From Pseudobdellovibrionaceae bacterium (GTDB taxonomy: Bacteria > Bdellovibrionota > Bdellovibrionia > Bdellovibrionales > Bdellovibrionaceae), in NCBI GenBank assembly GCA_044359815.1, contig JBIKLL010000079.1, positions 1 to 12,482 of the forward strand: a DNA stretch of 12,482 nt. Reading direction: 5' to 3'. The position numbers and the translations under genes are program-made. How positions within the stretch are numbered: the first letter of the stretch is position 1; each line of letters begins with the position of its first letter. The notes below the pieces were generated by a model. That model did no database searches. It was not told the origin of the DNA and saw only the letters and a list, made by a program, of their open reading frames with translations. Below are positions 1 through 7,464 of the stretch, piece by piece.

Positions 1-2592
1 CTGTTCATAAACCGCTGCGGCTTCATCGAACTGTCCCTTTTCTTCGTACAGCTCAGACAATTTCTGCAAAGAATCCGCATGAACTGCTTCATTGACTGAT
101 CCAGAATCCATCATAAGCTGATTGATTTTTTTAAGCGACTCGATGGCTTCATTTTTTTGATTCATTTTGATTTCCAATTTTGCCAAATTGAAATAAGGAT
201 CAGCGACCAGCTTAGGAACTCCACTCCAGGTTTTTACCAGTTCGGTTAAATATCTGAGGGCAGTTTGGTTGTCGCCACGCTTTTCCAAAATATCGCTGGC
301 GATGACGACCCTTTCAACCTGATCAGCTTCAGAAAGCTTTTCTGGATTTTTGATAGCTCTTAAAAATTCATAAGCTTGAGTGTATTTGTTTTGCGCGTAA
401 GTCACAGAAGCCAGCCTCAGGTTGATTTCGTCTGTCGCTGGCAATTGCTCGAAAACATTTCTTTCTTTTTCAGCCTGAGTTCCTTTGATTGAGTACAATT
501 TGTTCAACGTATCTTTAAACAATGATTCCGCTTCTGAGTAAACTCCGGCTTGCTCAAAAGCTTTACCCACATTGTATTTGGTATCCATCCGGTTTGCGCC
601 TTTTAGCCAAGTCGTCGCAAACTGATTGTGTAATTTCAATGCGTCGATAAATTTTCCCTGGCGAACTCGGTCCCTTAGATCCTCATTAATAAATTTAACA
701 ATACGGTTTACTAACAACTGAGTGTCTGCGGTCGTGGGATTGGCCTGATAGTATTTGATCATCAGGCCCACTGATTTTTGATAATCACCTCGTTTAGCGT
801 ATCCATCGGCGATCATGACTTTTGCAAACTGTTCAATCTTTGAAAGTGTTGAATCCTTGGCCAGTGATTCAATGTCATTAACTGCTCTTTCCAATTCTTT
901 GGGTTTCATTGTTGGCATTCTGGAGCTGAGCAATCGCAATCTGGCAACCACCGCACCAGGAGTTTCGCCATATCTAAAATAAGTTTCCAAATAAGCACCG
1001 ACGACTTTTGATTTATCTGCACCCAAAATGTCCAGCAACTCGCCAACCCTGGTTAATGCATAGCCGGCATATTCATGGGAAGAAAACTTTTTCAAAAACT
1101 CATTGTAAACACCCAGGCTTTGTTTGTATTTACCCAGCCAAAAATAGGCTGCACCTTGGTTGTACAATGCATTTGGATAGTTCGTTAGTTCGTTAGGGTA
1201 TTTGGCAATAGCTTCTTGGTAATGTTGAATAGCACCTTCAAAGTCACCTTTTTGATAAAAGACATCACCTTTTGAAAATGTGGCTTTAATTTTGTGTTTG
1301 TCTTGTCTGGCTTCTTTTTCAACATCAGCATAAGCTCTTAAAGATTCATCATATTTATTAAGTTTTAATAGTGCTTCTGCCATTGCCAATTTAGCTATTT
1401 CAGCATTCGGAGAATTGGTTTTAGTTTTCAAGTGATTTTGAAACAGCCTCAGTGCACCCAGATAATCTCCTCGATCATAAGTTGCAAATCCCATCAACAT
1501 TGATGTGCGCTCAACCAAGTTTGAATTTGGATATTTATCCGTAACCTGTCTGTATCTGAGCATGGCTAAATCAAACTCATTGGTATTTCTGGATTCTTGC
1601 CAGATAGCAAAGTGACTGTCTGCCCACATGTATCTGATCATTTCGTCATATTTTGATTCAGGAAATTTTTCCATAAACCATTCAACAGTCTTTAAAAACA
1701 CATTGTATCTTTTGTTTTGATACAAAGTTTGCAAAAGTCTGGCTTGTTTGTTTTCCTCGTCATCCTGAGGATGAATCTGATAGACAGGCTGTTTGGCCAA
1801 AATAGTTTCTAGTAATTTGTCACTCACTCGCAATGTCGGAAAATCCAGATAAACGTTTTCCTGACTAGCTATGATTGAATCTTCCTTAATTTCGTAATCT
1901 TGAATCGAAAATCTTTCGAAATTAGGATCCCCACCATCCAGAATGCCAACATTTCTTTTGGTTTGCTCGGTAACTGTGGATTCGATGGCCGCCTGAGGAC
2001 CTAGGGTTAAAATGTCGGTTGTGGCAGGTTTTCGTTGATCACTGGACGCAAACTCTGCAGTAATTTCTTCCGACGCAGAATTAGTATCCTGATCCTCGGC
2101 TTCATCTTTCTTTGCTTTTTCATTGGCTGCTGTTTTTACTGCCGGTGTTTTCTTTGGTAAAGGATTGCTGTCAGCTTTTTTTGCATTTGATGCTGGTGCT
2201 TTTGTCGTGTTGGCTTTCTTAACGGCTGGAAAAAAATCCACAATCAATCTGGATGGCTGATCAGTCAGGTAATCAAATGCATCTGTACTACCAGATTTAA
2301 ATTTAAATGAGATCTGGTCCTTTCCGTCAGAAACATTCTGAGTCACTGTGATTTCCTGGACGATTTCATTTTTAAACTCAGACAGTTTTTTACGAGCACC
2401 CTCAGTCAATGGATCAACAACCAATTTAAAATAATCAGAGCCTTTGATTGCCTCTTTTTTAAGTTGATATTGCCACTGAGCGTTTCCGCTAAGCTCCAAA
2501 TGCAAGGTATCCCCTTGAATGTTGATTTCAGACTCAACCTTAGCAAGTGCGACAACAGGAATTAGTAAAGCTATGATCAGTAATCTAGACAA
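1..2592 (-). CDS. Large exported tetratricopeptide-repeat protein with N-terminal AMIN-like domain (3' end beyond left window edge; >=864 aa)
   Basis: My manual translation finds no stop in this minus frame from TTG (2592-2590) to position 1, with SD GGAGG 9 nt upstream (2606-2602). N-terminus MSRLLIIALLIPVVALA|KV is a Sec/SPI-type signal. DAFDYLTDQPSRLIVDFF resembles an AMIN C-terminal strand motif. A K/A/P-rich then acidic linker follows, then TPR-like helices (KGDVFYQKGDFEGAIQHYQEAIAKYP; NALYNQGAAYFWLGKYKQSLGVYNEFLKKF; YNVGKAFEQAGVYSEAESLFK). Absent from the ORF track because the stop is outside the window. Confidence 0.9.
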   Translation of the reverse strand, partial: MSRLLIIALLIPVVALAKVESEINIQGDTLHLELSGNAQWQYQLKKEAIKGSDYFKLVVDPLTEGARKKLSEFKNEIVQEITVTQNVSDGKDQISFKFKSGSTDAFDYLTDQPSRLIVDFFPAVKKANTTKAPASNAKKADSNPLPKKTPAVKTAANEKAKKDEAEDQDTNSASEEITAEFASSDQRKPATTDILTLGPQAAIESTVTEQTKRNVGILDGGDPNFERFSIQDYEIKEDSIIASQENVYLDFPTLRVSDKLLETILAKQPVYQIHPQDDEENKQARLLQTLYQNKRYNVFLKTVEWFMEKFPESKYDEMIRYMWADSHFAIWQESRNTNEFDLAMLRYRQVTDKYPNSNLVERTSMLMGFATYDRGDYLGALRLFQNHLKTKTNSPNAEIAKLAMAEALLKLNKYDESLRAYADVEKEARQDKHKIKATFSKGDVFYQKGDFEGAIQHYQEAIAKYPNELTNYPNALYNQGAAYFWLGKYKQSLGVYNEFLKKFSSHEYAGYALTRVGELLDILGADKSKVVGAYLETYFRYGETPGAVVARLRLLSSRMPTMKPKELERAVNDIESLAKDSTLSKIEQFAKVMIADGYAKRGDYQKSVGLMIKYYQANPTTADTQLLVNRIVKFINEDLRDRVRQGKFIDALKLHNQFATTWLKGANRMDTKYNVGKAFEQAGVYSEAESLFKDTLNKLYSIKGTQAEKERNVFEQLPATDEINLRLASVTYAQNKYTQAYEFLRAIKNPEKLSEADQVERVVIASDILEKRGDNQTALRYLTELVKTWSGVPKLVADPYFNLAKLEIKMNQKNEAIESLKKINQLMMDSGSVNEAVHADSLQKLSELYEEKGQFDEAAAVYEQ

Positions 2593-2621
2593 AAGATTAA
2601 TCCTCCCTAAATATGAGCTAA

Positions 2622-2638
2622 AGCATTTCCAATGCCAG
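2622..2638 (-). promoter_or_regulatory. Sigma54 (RpoN) -24/-12 promoter for the TPR gene
   Basis: Minus strand reads CTGGCATTGGAAATGCT, i.e. GG-N10-GC, close to consensus TGGCAC-N5-TTGCW. Predicted +1 near 2611, just upstream of the SD and TTG start. Confidence 0.75.
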
Positions 2639-2707
2639 TTTGGTGAAGCTTTAAAACAAATAGGTTTATTTTAAATAGGATTGTCATGTGAGTTTACCGT
2701 CAGGACC

Positions 2708-2721
2708 GCCAATTTCTCGAC
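2708..2721 (-). promoter_or_regulatory. Candidate bacterial enhancer-binding-protein site (FleQ/FlrA-like box)
   Basis: GTCGAGAAATTGGC is an imperfect palindrome with 3 mismatches to the Pseudomonas FleQ box GTCaNTAAAtTGAC. It lies about 100 bp upstream of the predicted sigma54 start, with an AT-rich tract (2650-2677) in between. Confidence 0.35.
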
Positions 2722-2744
2722 ATCATCTTACCAAGGTCAGATAT

Positions 2745-2771
2745 TCAGAGTTTTCCTACTTGTTCCGAAAA
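2745..2771 (+). promoter_or_regulatory. Possible sigma28 (FliA)-like promoter for the lipoprotein-mlaEFD operon
   Basis: TCAG-N15-TCCGAAAA versus consensus TAAA-N15-GCCGATAA; ends 23 nt before ATG 2795. Degenerate match only. Confidence 0.3.
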
Positions 2772-2794
2772 CTTAACCAGGAAAGACAACAGGA

Positions 2795-3310
2795 ATGTCA
2801 AATTTTTTGAGATGGAATTCATTTTACCGCCTTTTAATTATTTTGCTGTTTGCATTCAGCAGCTCGTGCGTCTCTGTTAAATTAGGACCTTCCGAAAAAA
2901 GAGTGCCTTCCAAAAAATATTCATTTGCAGAACCCAATCCAGTTTTTAAGGTCTTAAACACTGATTTTGCAGACAAAGCTTGGCAAAGTTCCATCACTGC
3001 CAATTCACTGGTAGTGATTTCCGAATGCGGCCCCATCGGTGACCAAGATCTTAAAAAAATAGCCCTAGAACATTTCTCAGCACTGCAGTCTCTGGAAATC
3101 GAAAAAGAACAAACACTGCCGTATTCGGGTCGAGAAGCATTGCTAACAATTGCAAAAGGCCAAGTAGACGGAGTGACGGTCAAGATGGCTGTCCACACCG
3201 TTAACAAAAATGGCTGTAACTACACGATCACCTATTTAGGCCGATCAGAAAAATTCGCACAGGAGATTTCATTGATGGAATCTTTCATCAATGGATTTAA
3301 AATCCAATGA
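2795..3310 (+). CDS. Putative lipoprotein, PsbP/DcrB(Mog1p)-like fold, first gene of MCE operon
   Basis: Hydrophobic N-terminus ending in an imperfect lipobox FSSS-C. The C-terminal half (EQTLPYSGREALLTIAKGQVDGVTVKMAVHTVNKNGCNYTITYLG...FAQEISLMESFINGFKIQ) has the strand-strand-strand-helix pattern of PsbP/DcrB-like proteins. ATGA overlap with mlaE. The fold call is pattern recognition only. Confidence 0.75.
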   Translation: MSNFLRWNSFYRLLIILLFAFSSSCVSVKLGPSEKRVPSKKYSFAEPNPVFKVLNTDFADKAWQSSITANSLVVISECGPIGDQDLKKIALEHFSALQSLEIEKEQTLPYSGREALLTIAKGQVDGVTVKMAVHTVNKNGCNYTITYLGRSEKFAQEISLMESFINGFKIQ

Positions 3311-4077
3311 TCAAAGGGCGCCTGAACCATTTTTTTGATGCCATGGGAAGCTTCTATCTGTTTTGCAAAGAAATGATTATTCAATTTCGCAGTACCAAAG
3401 GCCTGTGGGGACTGACTGCAGAACAAATTTATCAGATTGGTTACAAGTCTCTGCCCCTGGTTTTAATTTCTGCCATAGCCACAGGTATGGTCATGACTTT
3501 ACAGTTTGGCTTGGGACTGAGTCGATTTGGCGGAACACTTTATGTTCCCAGAATCGTAACGCTGTCTATTTTCCGAGAAATGGGTCCCGTGTTTACTGGC
3601 TTAATGTTGGTAGCAAGAGTCACTGCAGGTATCACTTCTGAAGTCGGTTCAATGGCAGTCACTCAACAATTGGATGCCATTCGCGCACTGGGAACCAGTC
3701 CGATTCAAAAAATAGTTTTGCCCAGAGTTTTAGCCTGTCTGATCGTAGTTCCAATCTTAGTCGGCATTGCAAACGCTGTTGGATTTTTAGGTGGCTTGAT
3801 AGTTGGTGTTCAGGAATTAGGATTGGATCCTATGTTTTATGCCCTAAAAGCTCTGAATAATTTAAGACCCGGGGATTATCTGTCAGGTTTTGGTAAGGCA
3901 ATTTTTTTCGCATTGTTTATTTCGATCCCCGCTTGCCACTATGGAATGAAAGTCGATGAGGGCACAAGAGGCGTCGGCAAAGCCACGACCAGAGCGGTTG
4001 TGTTTTCAGCGGTGTTGATTTTAGTGGGTGATTTCTTTTTGACGAAACTCTTTTACATTCTGGAAATGTGGTTTTAA
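3307..4077 (+). CDS. mlaE: MlaE-family ABC transporter permease (MCE system)
   Basis: Family motifs QIYQIGYKSLPLV, REMGPVFTGLMLVARV..GITSEVGSMAVTQQLDAIRALGTSP, VLPRVLA and GTRGVGKATTRAVV; 256 aa. Confidence 0.95.
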   Translation: MIKGRLNHFFDAMGSFYLFCKEMIIQFRSTKGLWGLTAEQIYQIGYKSLPLVLISAIATGMVMTLQFGLGLSRFGGTLYVPRIVTLSIFREMGPVFTGLMLVARVTAGITSEVGSMAVTQQLDAIRALGTSPIQKIVLPRVLACLIVVPILVGIANAVGFLGGLIVGVQELGLDPMFYALKALNNLRPGDYLSGFGKAIFFALFISIPACHYGMKVDEGTRGVGKATTRAVVFSAVLILVGDFFLTKLFYILEMWF

Positions 4078-4805
4078 TGGAATTATTAAGAGTTTCCAAT
4101 TTTAACAAAGCCTTCGGTCAAAAAGTCGTGCATCGAAATGTGAATTTCACATTGAAAAAAGGCGAATGCCTAGGTCTGATAGGTGGATCTGGAACGGGAA
4201 AGTCTGTTTTATTGAGAAGCTTAATTGGTTTGGAAAAACCTGACAGCGGTGAGATTTATTTTCATCAAAGCAGAGTCGATAATTTGGCTGAAAAACAATG
4301 GTATCCGGTCAGATTACGAATAGCCTATGCCTTTCAGGGTGGAGCGCTGTTTGATTCGATGACGGTTTTCGAAAACATCGCCTACCCACTAAGGGAACAC
4401 ACTGATTTGGACGAACAAAAAATTGCACAAAAAATTATGGAGACACTGACCAGATTTGGACTGGCAGATTCGGTTCACCTATATCCTGGCAGCCTGTCAG
4501 GTGGAATGCAAAAACGTTTGGGATTGGCCCGTGCCATTATTTTGCACCCAGAAGTTATTTTATACGATGAACCCACTGCAGGATTAGATCCAGCAAACAC
4601 CCGAATTATTGAAGACACTATTTTGTCACTTAAAGGCTCCAACAATGCCTCTATCCTGGTGACTCACGACATGCCCGTGGCATTTGAAGTCTGCGATAGG
4701 ATTGCATTGCTGCGAAATCAGAACATAGAATTTATTTGCGATTTAAAAAATCCCAATGATCCCAACTTGTCCACACTCAAAAAATTTTCAACGGGGAAAA
4801 ACTAA
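4077..4805 (+). CDS. mlaF: MlaF-family ABC ATPase
   Basis: Walker A GGSGTGKS, Q-loop AFQGGALFDSMTV, signature LSGGMQKR, Walker B/D-loop ILYDEPTAGLDP, H-loop VTHD. Start placed at ATG 4077 (TAATG overlap with the mlaE stop) rather than 4068. Confidence 0.93.
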   Translation: MELLRVSNFNKAFGQKVVHRNVNFTLKKGECLGLIGGSGTGKSVLLRSLIGLEKPDSGEIYFHQSRVDNLAEKQWYPVRLRIAYAFQGGALFDSMTVFENIAYPLREHTDLDEQKIAQKIMETLTRFGLADSVHLYPGSLSGGMQKRLGLARAIILHPEVILYDEPTAGLDPANTRIIEDTILSLKGSNNASILVTHDMPVAFEVCDRIALLRNQNIEFICDLKNPNDPNLSTLKKFSTGKN

Positions 4806-5608
4806 TGGAAGCAACACCTGACAGAAAAATCAAAATGGGAATTTTTGTAACTGTGGGACTGACATTTATTTTGATCTCCATAATGTTTTTAGGTGGCGAT
4901 AAATTAGTTTTAACTAAGAAAGCCACGATCCGGGCCAAGTTTCCTCACATTCAGGGTCTGTCGGTAGGCAGTCTGGTTTCATTATCTGGTATCGCTATTG
5001 GCAATGTGTCTGAAACAAAACTGCTCTCAGCTACTGAAATTGAAGTTCGTATGCGGATTGACGCAAGCTTTTTGGATAAAATCAAAAAGGGATCAACAGC
5101 AGAGATCAGAACCCAAGGGGCCTTAGGTGACAAATTTATATTTATCGCCCCTACCGAGGAATCTGAGTCGATTGTAGAGGGTGATTTTTTGGACACAGCC
5201 ATCAGTAAAGACTTTATGTCGACATTGATGGAAAAAGGCGATGAAACAAAAAAAGTTTTTGAAATTATATCCGAGGTTCATCTGTTATTGAAAACTATGA
5301 ATGAAAATAACAATCTCAGAAACACCATCAAAAACATTAGCGAAGCCAGCAATTCATTCAAGGGTGCCAGTCAAGACATCCAATCGATTGTTAAAAATTT
5401 AAAAAACGAAAATGAGAAAAAGTTTTCAAGCTCAATGGCTCGACTGGATAGCATTCTGTCCAAGATTGATAAGGGTGAAGGCACTTTGGGAGCTTTGATA
5501 AATGATCGCGGTTTGCATGATTCGCTGAAAAACATAGTCGGCGGTTCAGATCGCAAACAAAACTTGAAACAGATCATCCGCTCATCCATCGAAAAATCTG
5601 AAAAATAA
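4805..5608 (+). CDS. mlaD: MlaD/MCE-family protein with long C-terminal helical extension
   Basis: N-terminal TM helix (GIFVTVGLTFILISIMFLGG), MCE motifs GLSVGSLVSLSGIAIGNV and AEIRTQGALGDKFIFI, then about 130 aa of amphipathic helix containing GEGTLGALIND. TAATG overlap with mlaF. Confidence 0.92.
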   Translation: MEATPDRKIKMGIFVTVGLTFILISIMFLGGDKLVLTKKATIRAKFPHIQGLSVGSLVSLSGIAIGNVSETKLLSATEIEVRMRIDASFLDKIKKGSTAEIRTQGALGDKFIFIAPTEESESIVEGDFLDTAISKDFMSTLMEKGDETKKVFEIISEVHLLLKTMNENNNLRNTIKNISEASNSFKGASQDIQSIVKNLKNENEKKFSSSMARLDSILSKIDKGEGTLGALINDRGLHDSLKNIVGGSDRKQNLKQIIRSSIEKSEK

Positions 5609-5651
5609 AATTCTGTCGGATCAATTTATAATTTTGGTAAAAGTATATGAG

Positions 5652-6023
5652 CTATTTTGAAATCTTGCTCAAAGAATGCTTGAGCTGGGCGACCTGTTCG
5701 GCTTCGGTTGGCAACTGATGTTTGTTCAATGTGTACCTGATTTGGCTCACGTAATTTTGATTTAAAAACTTATTAACTTTGGCCTTCATTGGATCAATCA
5801 TAAAAACCATTTGTTGCATCCAAGTCGATGATTTGACCCAAATAAATAGGGTCCCATTGATAAAACCCACAGGCTCACAAACCGTAGCCATAGTTGGGCC
5901 TACAATTTCAGGCCATTTCCGCCACAGTTTCCACCTGATAAATTGCAGGGACAATGGGCTGTTGCCATTTTCAAAAAGACTCTGTATGACCTCAGATCCC
6001 AGTTGCAAATCCTCTTTGCTCAT
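5652..6023 (-). CDS. dciA: DUF721 / DciA-family protein (replicative helicase loader family)
   Basis: WPEIVGPTMA...PVGFINGTLFIWVKSSTWMQQM...MKAKVNKFL...VSQIRY matches the DUF721 pattern (W..IVG, G.L.V.V.SS.W.QEL, .IRF). Confidence 0.85.
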   Translation of the reverse strand: MSKEDLQLGSEVIQSLFENGNSPLSLQFIRWKLWRKWPEIVGPTMATVCEPVGFINGTLFIWVKSSTWMQQMVFMIDPMKAKVNKFLNQNYVSQIRYTLNKHQLPTEAEQVAQLKHSLSKISK

Positions 6024-6039
6024 AGATATTGGAGTACCA

Positions 6040-7404
6040 GTGAAGCAAAACTTTGTCCATAATCATAGCAGTGTCACAGTTGTTGGTGCAGGGCTAGCGG
6101 GCACTGAATGCGCATTGCAACTGGCACACCGTGGGTTGAAGGTTAACTTAATCGAGATGAGGGGCATCAGGTCTACGCCCGCCCATAAAACTGCAGATTT
6201 TGCTGAATTGGTTTGCTCGAATTCCTTTGGCAGCCTGAATCCCCTGTCAGCACCTGGATTGTTAAAAATTGAAGCCGAAAAACTGGGATCATTTGTTTTA
6301 GCAGCCGCCAAACTGTCTGCTGTTCCGGCAGGACAGGCATTGGGAGTCGATCGTCAAAAAATGTCGGCCATTTTAAAATCATGGGTTGAAAACAATCCCG
6401 CAATCACAGTCGACAGAAAAATAGTTTCTTCTTTGGACGAAATCCCAAGACCAGCAGTTATCGCTACAGGCCCACTGACCGATCAAGATTTAGCTGATAG
6501 TCTTCGTAAAAATTTTGGCAGCGATTTTTTGTATTTCTTTGATGCTATCGCACCAATCATAGATGCCGATTCTATCAATAACGACATTGCCTGGAGGCAG
6601 GATCGATATGATAAAGGCACCGCAGATTATCTGAACTGTCCCCTAAGCAAAGATCAATATTTTAATTTGGTATCCGAAATCAAGAACGCCCGCAAAATTG
6701 ATCCAAAAGATTTTGAAACCACAGAATTTTTTGAAGGCTGCATGCCCATTGAAGCCATTGTCGACAGAGGGCCTCTGACACTCAGATTTGGTCCCATGAA
6801 ATCAGTGGGACTAAAGGATCCTAAAACACAAAAATCACCTTTTGCCATCGTTCAGTTGCGCCAAGAGAATCTGCAAGCCACCTCATATAATATGGTGGGA
6901 TTTCAAACCCGAATGGCCTACAGCGAACAAATCAGAATTTTTAGAATGATCCCTGGTTTAGAAAATGCGGAATTTTTAAAACTGGGCAGCATGCACAGAA
7001 ATTTGTTTATCAACAGTCGAGCCATGCTGAATGCAGATTTATCTGATAAAAACGATCCCTTGTTGTTTTTTGCAGGCCAAATTACGGGCGTTGAAGGGTA
7101 TTTTGAATCTGCCTGTATTGGATTATTGGTAGCTCAGTTTGCTCATCAAAAAATTTCCAATCTATCTGTTTCGTTGCCACCGACGACCACTGCCTTAGGA
7201 GCTCTGTTACACACGATCACTGATTCGACCCGGTCTGAGCATTTTCAGCCTACTAATATTAATTGGGGATTGTTCACCGATATTCCGCAATTTAAGAATA
7301 AAGATGAAAAACGAAAGTTTATTGCAGACAGGGCCCTTGCTGACCTTGAAAATTGGTCAAATCCATCAGAAAAAGTTTCAGAGATTTCGAAATCTTATCA
7401 GTAA
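6040..7404 (+). CDS. trmFO: Methylenetetrahydrofolate--tRNA-(uracil-54)-methyltransferase TrmFO (Gid)
   Basis: FAD motif VVGAGLAGTECA, ELVCSNS and FEGCMPIE conserved cysteine motifs, MVGFQT, MHRN and AGQITGVEGY. Probable start is GTG 6040 with GGAG at 6031-6034 (454 aa); the ORF-track start at 5779 overlaps dciA. Confidence 0.95.
   Translation: MKQNFVHNHSSVTVVGAGLAGTECALQLAHRGLKVNLIEMRGIRSTPAHKTADFAELVCSNSFGSLNPLSAPGLLKIEAEKLGSFVLAAAKLSAVPAGQALGVDRQKMSAILKSWVENNPAITVDRKIVSSLDEIPRPAVIATGPLTDQDLADSLRKNFGSDFLYFFDAIAPIIDADSINNDIAWRQDRYDKGTADYLNCPLSKDQYFNLVSEIKNARKIDPKDFETTEFFEGCMPIEAIVDRGPLTLRFGPMKSVGLKDPKTQKSPFAIVQLRQENLQATSYNMVGFQTRMAYSEQIRIFRMIPGLENAEFLKLGSMHRNLFINSRAMLNADLSDKNDPLLFFAGQITGVEGYFESACIGLLVAQFAHQKISNLSVSLPPTTTALGALLHTITDSTRSEHFQPTNINWGLFTDIPQFKNKDEKRKFIADRALADLENWSNPSEKVSEISKSYQ
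6062..6070 (-). promoter_or_regulatory. Extended -10 promoter candidate for dciA, inside the trmFO 5' end
   Basis: Minus strand TGcTATGAT (TGn + TATGAT) about 40 nt upstream of the dciA ATG. Confidence 0.4.
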
Positions 7405-7428
7405 CTTATTCAATCTGAGTGCCATTTA

Positions 7429-7457
7429 TTGCTTAAAATTTAGGCTGCACTTAGATT
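7429..7457 (+). promoter_or_regulatory. Sigma70-like promoter candidate, probably giving a leaderless mRNA for the transglycosylase
   Basis: TTGCTT (7429-7434), 17 bp, TAGATT (7452-7457), then 7 nt to ATG 7465; no SD. Confidence 0.4.
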
Positions 7458-7464
7458 GCCTCTT

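Noticed and set aside
1008..1196. 62-aa plus-strand ORF
   Set aside because: Shadow ORF antisense to the long TPR gene; no motifs.
2650..2677. Specific IHF site
   Set aside because: The position fits, but the match to WATCAANNNNTTR needs several mismatches, so it is kept only as an AT-rich tract.
4068..4076. Earlier mlaF start proposed by the ORF track
   Set aside because: ATG 4077 gives the standard TAATG coupling and a typical MELLRV start.
2824..5589. Small antisense or alternate-frame ORFs within the lipoprotein-mlaEFD operon (2824-3207, 3232-3426, 3363-3641, 3917-4108, 4951-5202, 5371-5589)
   Set aside because: All overlap strongly supported genes and have no recognisable motifs.
5609..5651. 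Bidirectional terminator between mlaD and dciA
   Set aside because: AT-rich with no GC-rich stem followed by a U-tract.
5779..6039. ORF-track N-terminal extension of trmFO (541 aa)
   Set aside because: It is antisense to the well-supported dciA gene. TrmFO starts shortly before the GAGLAG motif, and GTG 6040 has an SD.
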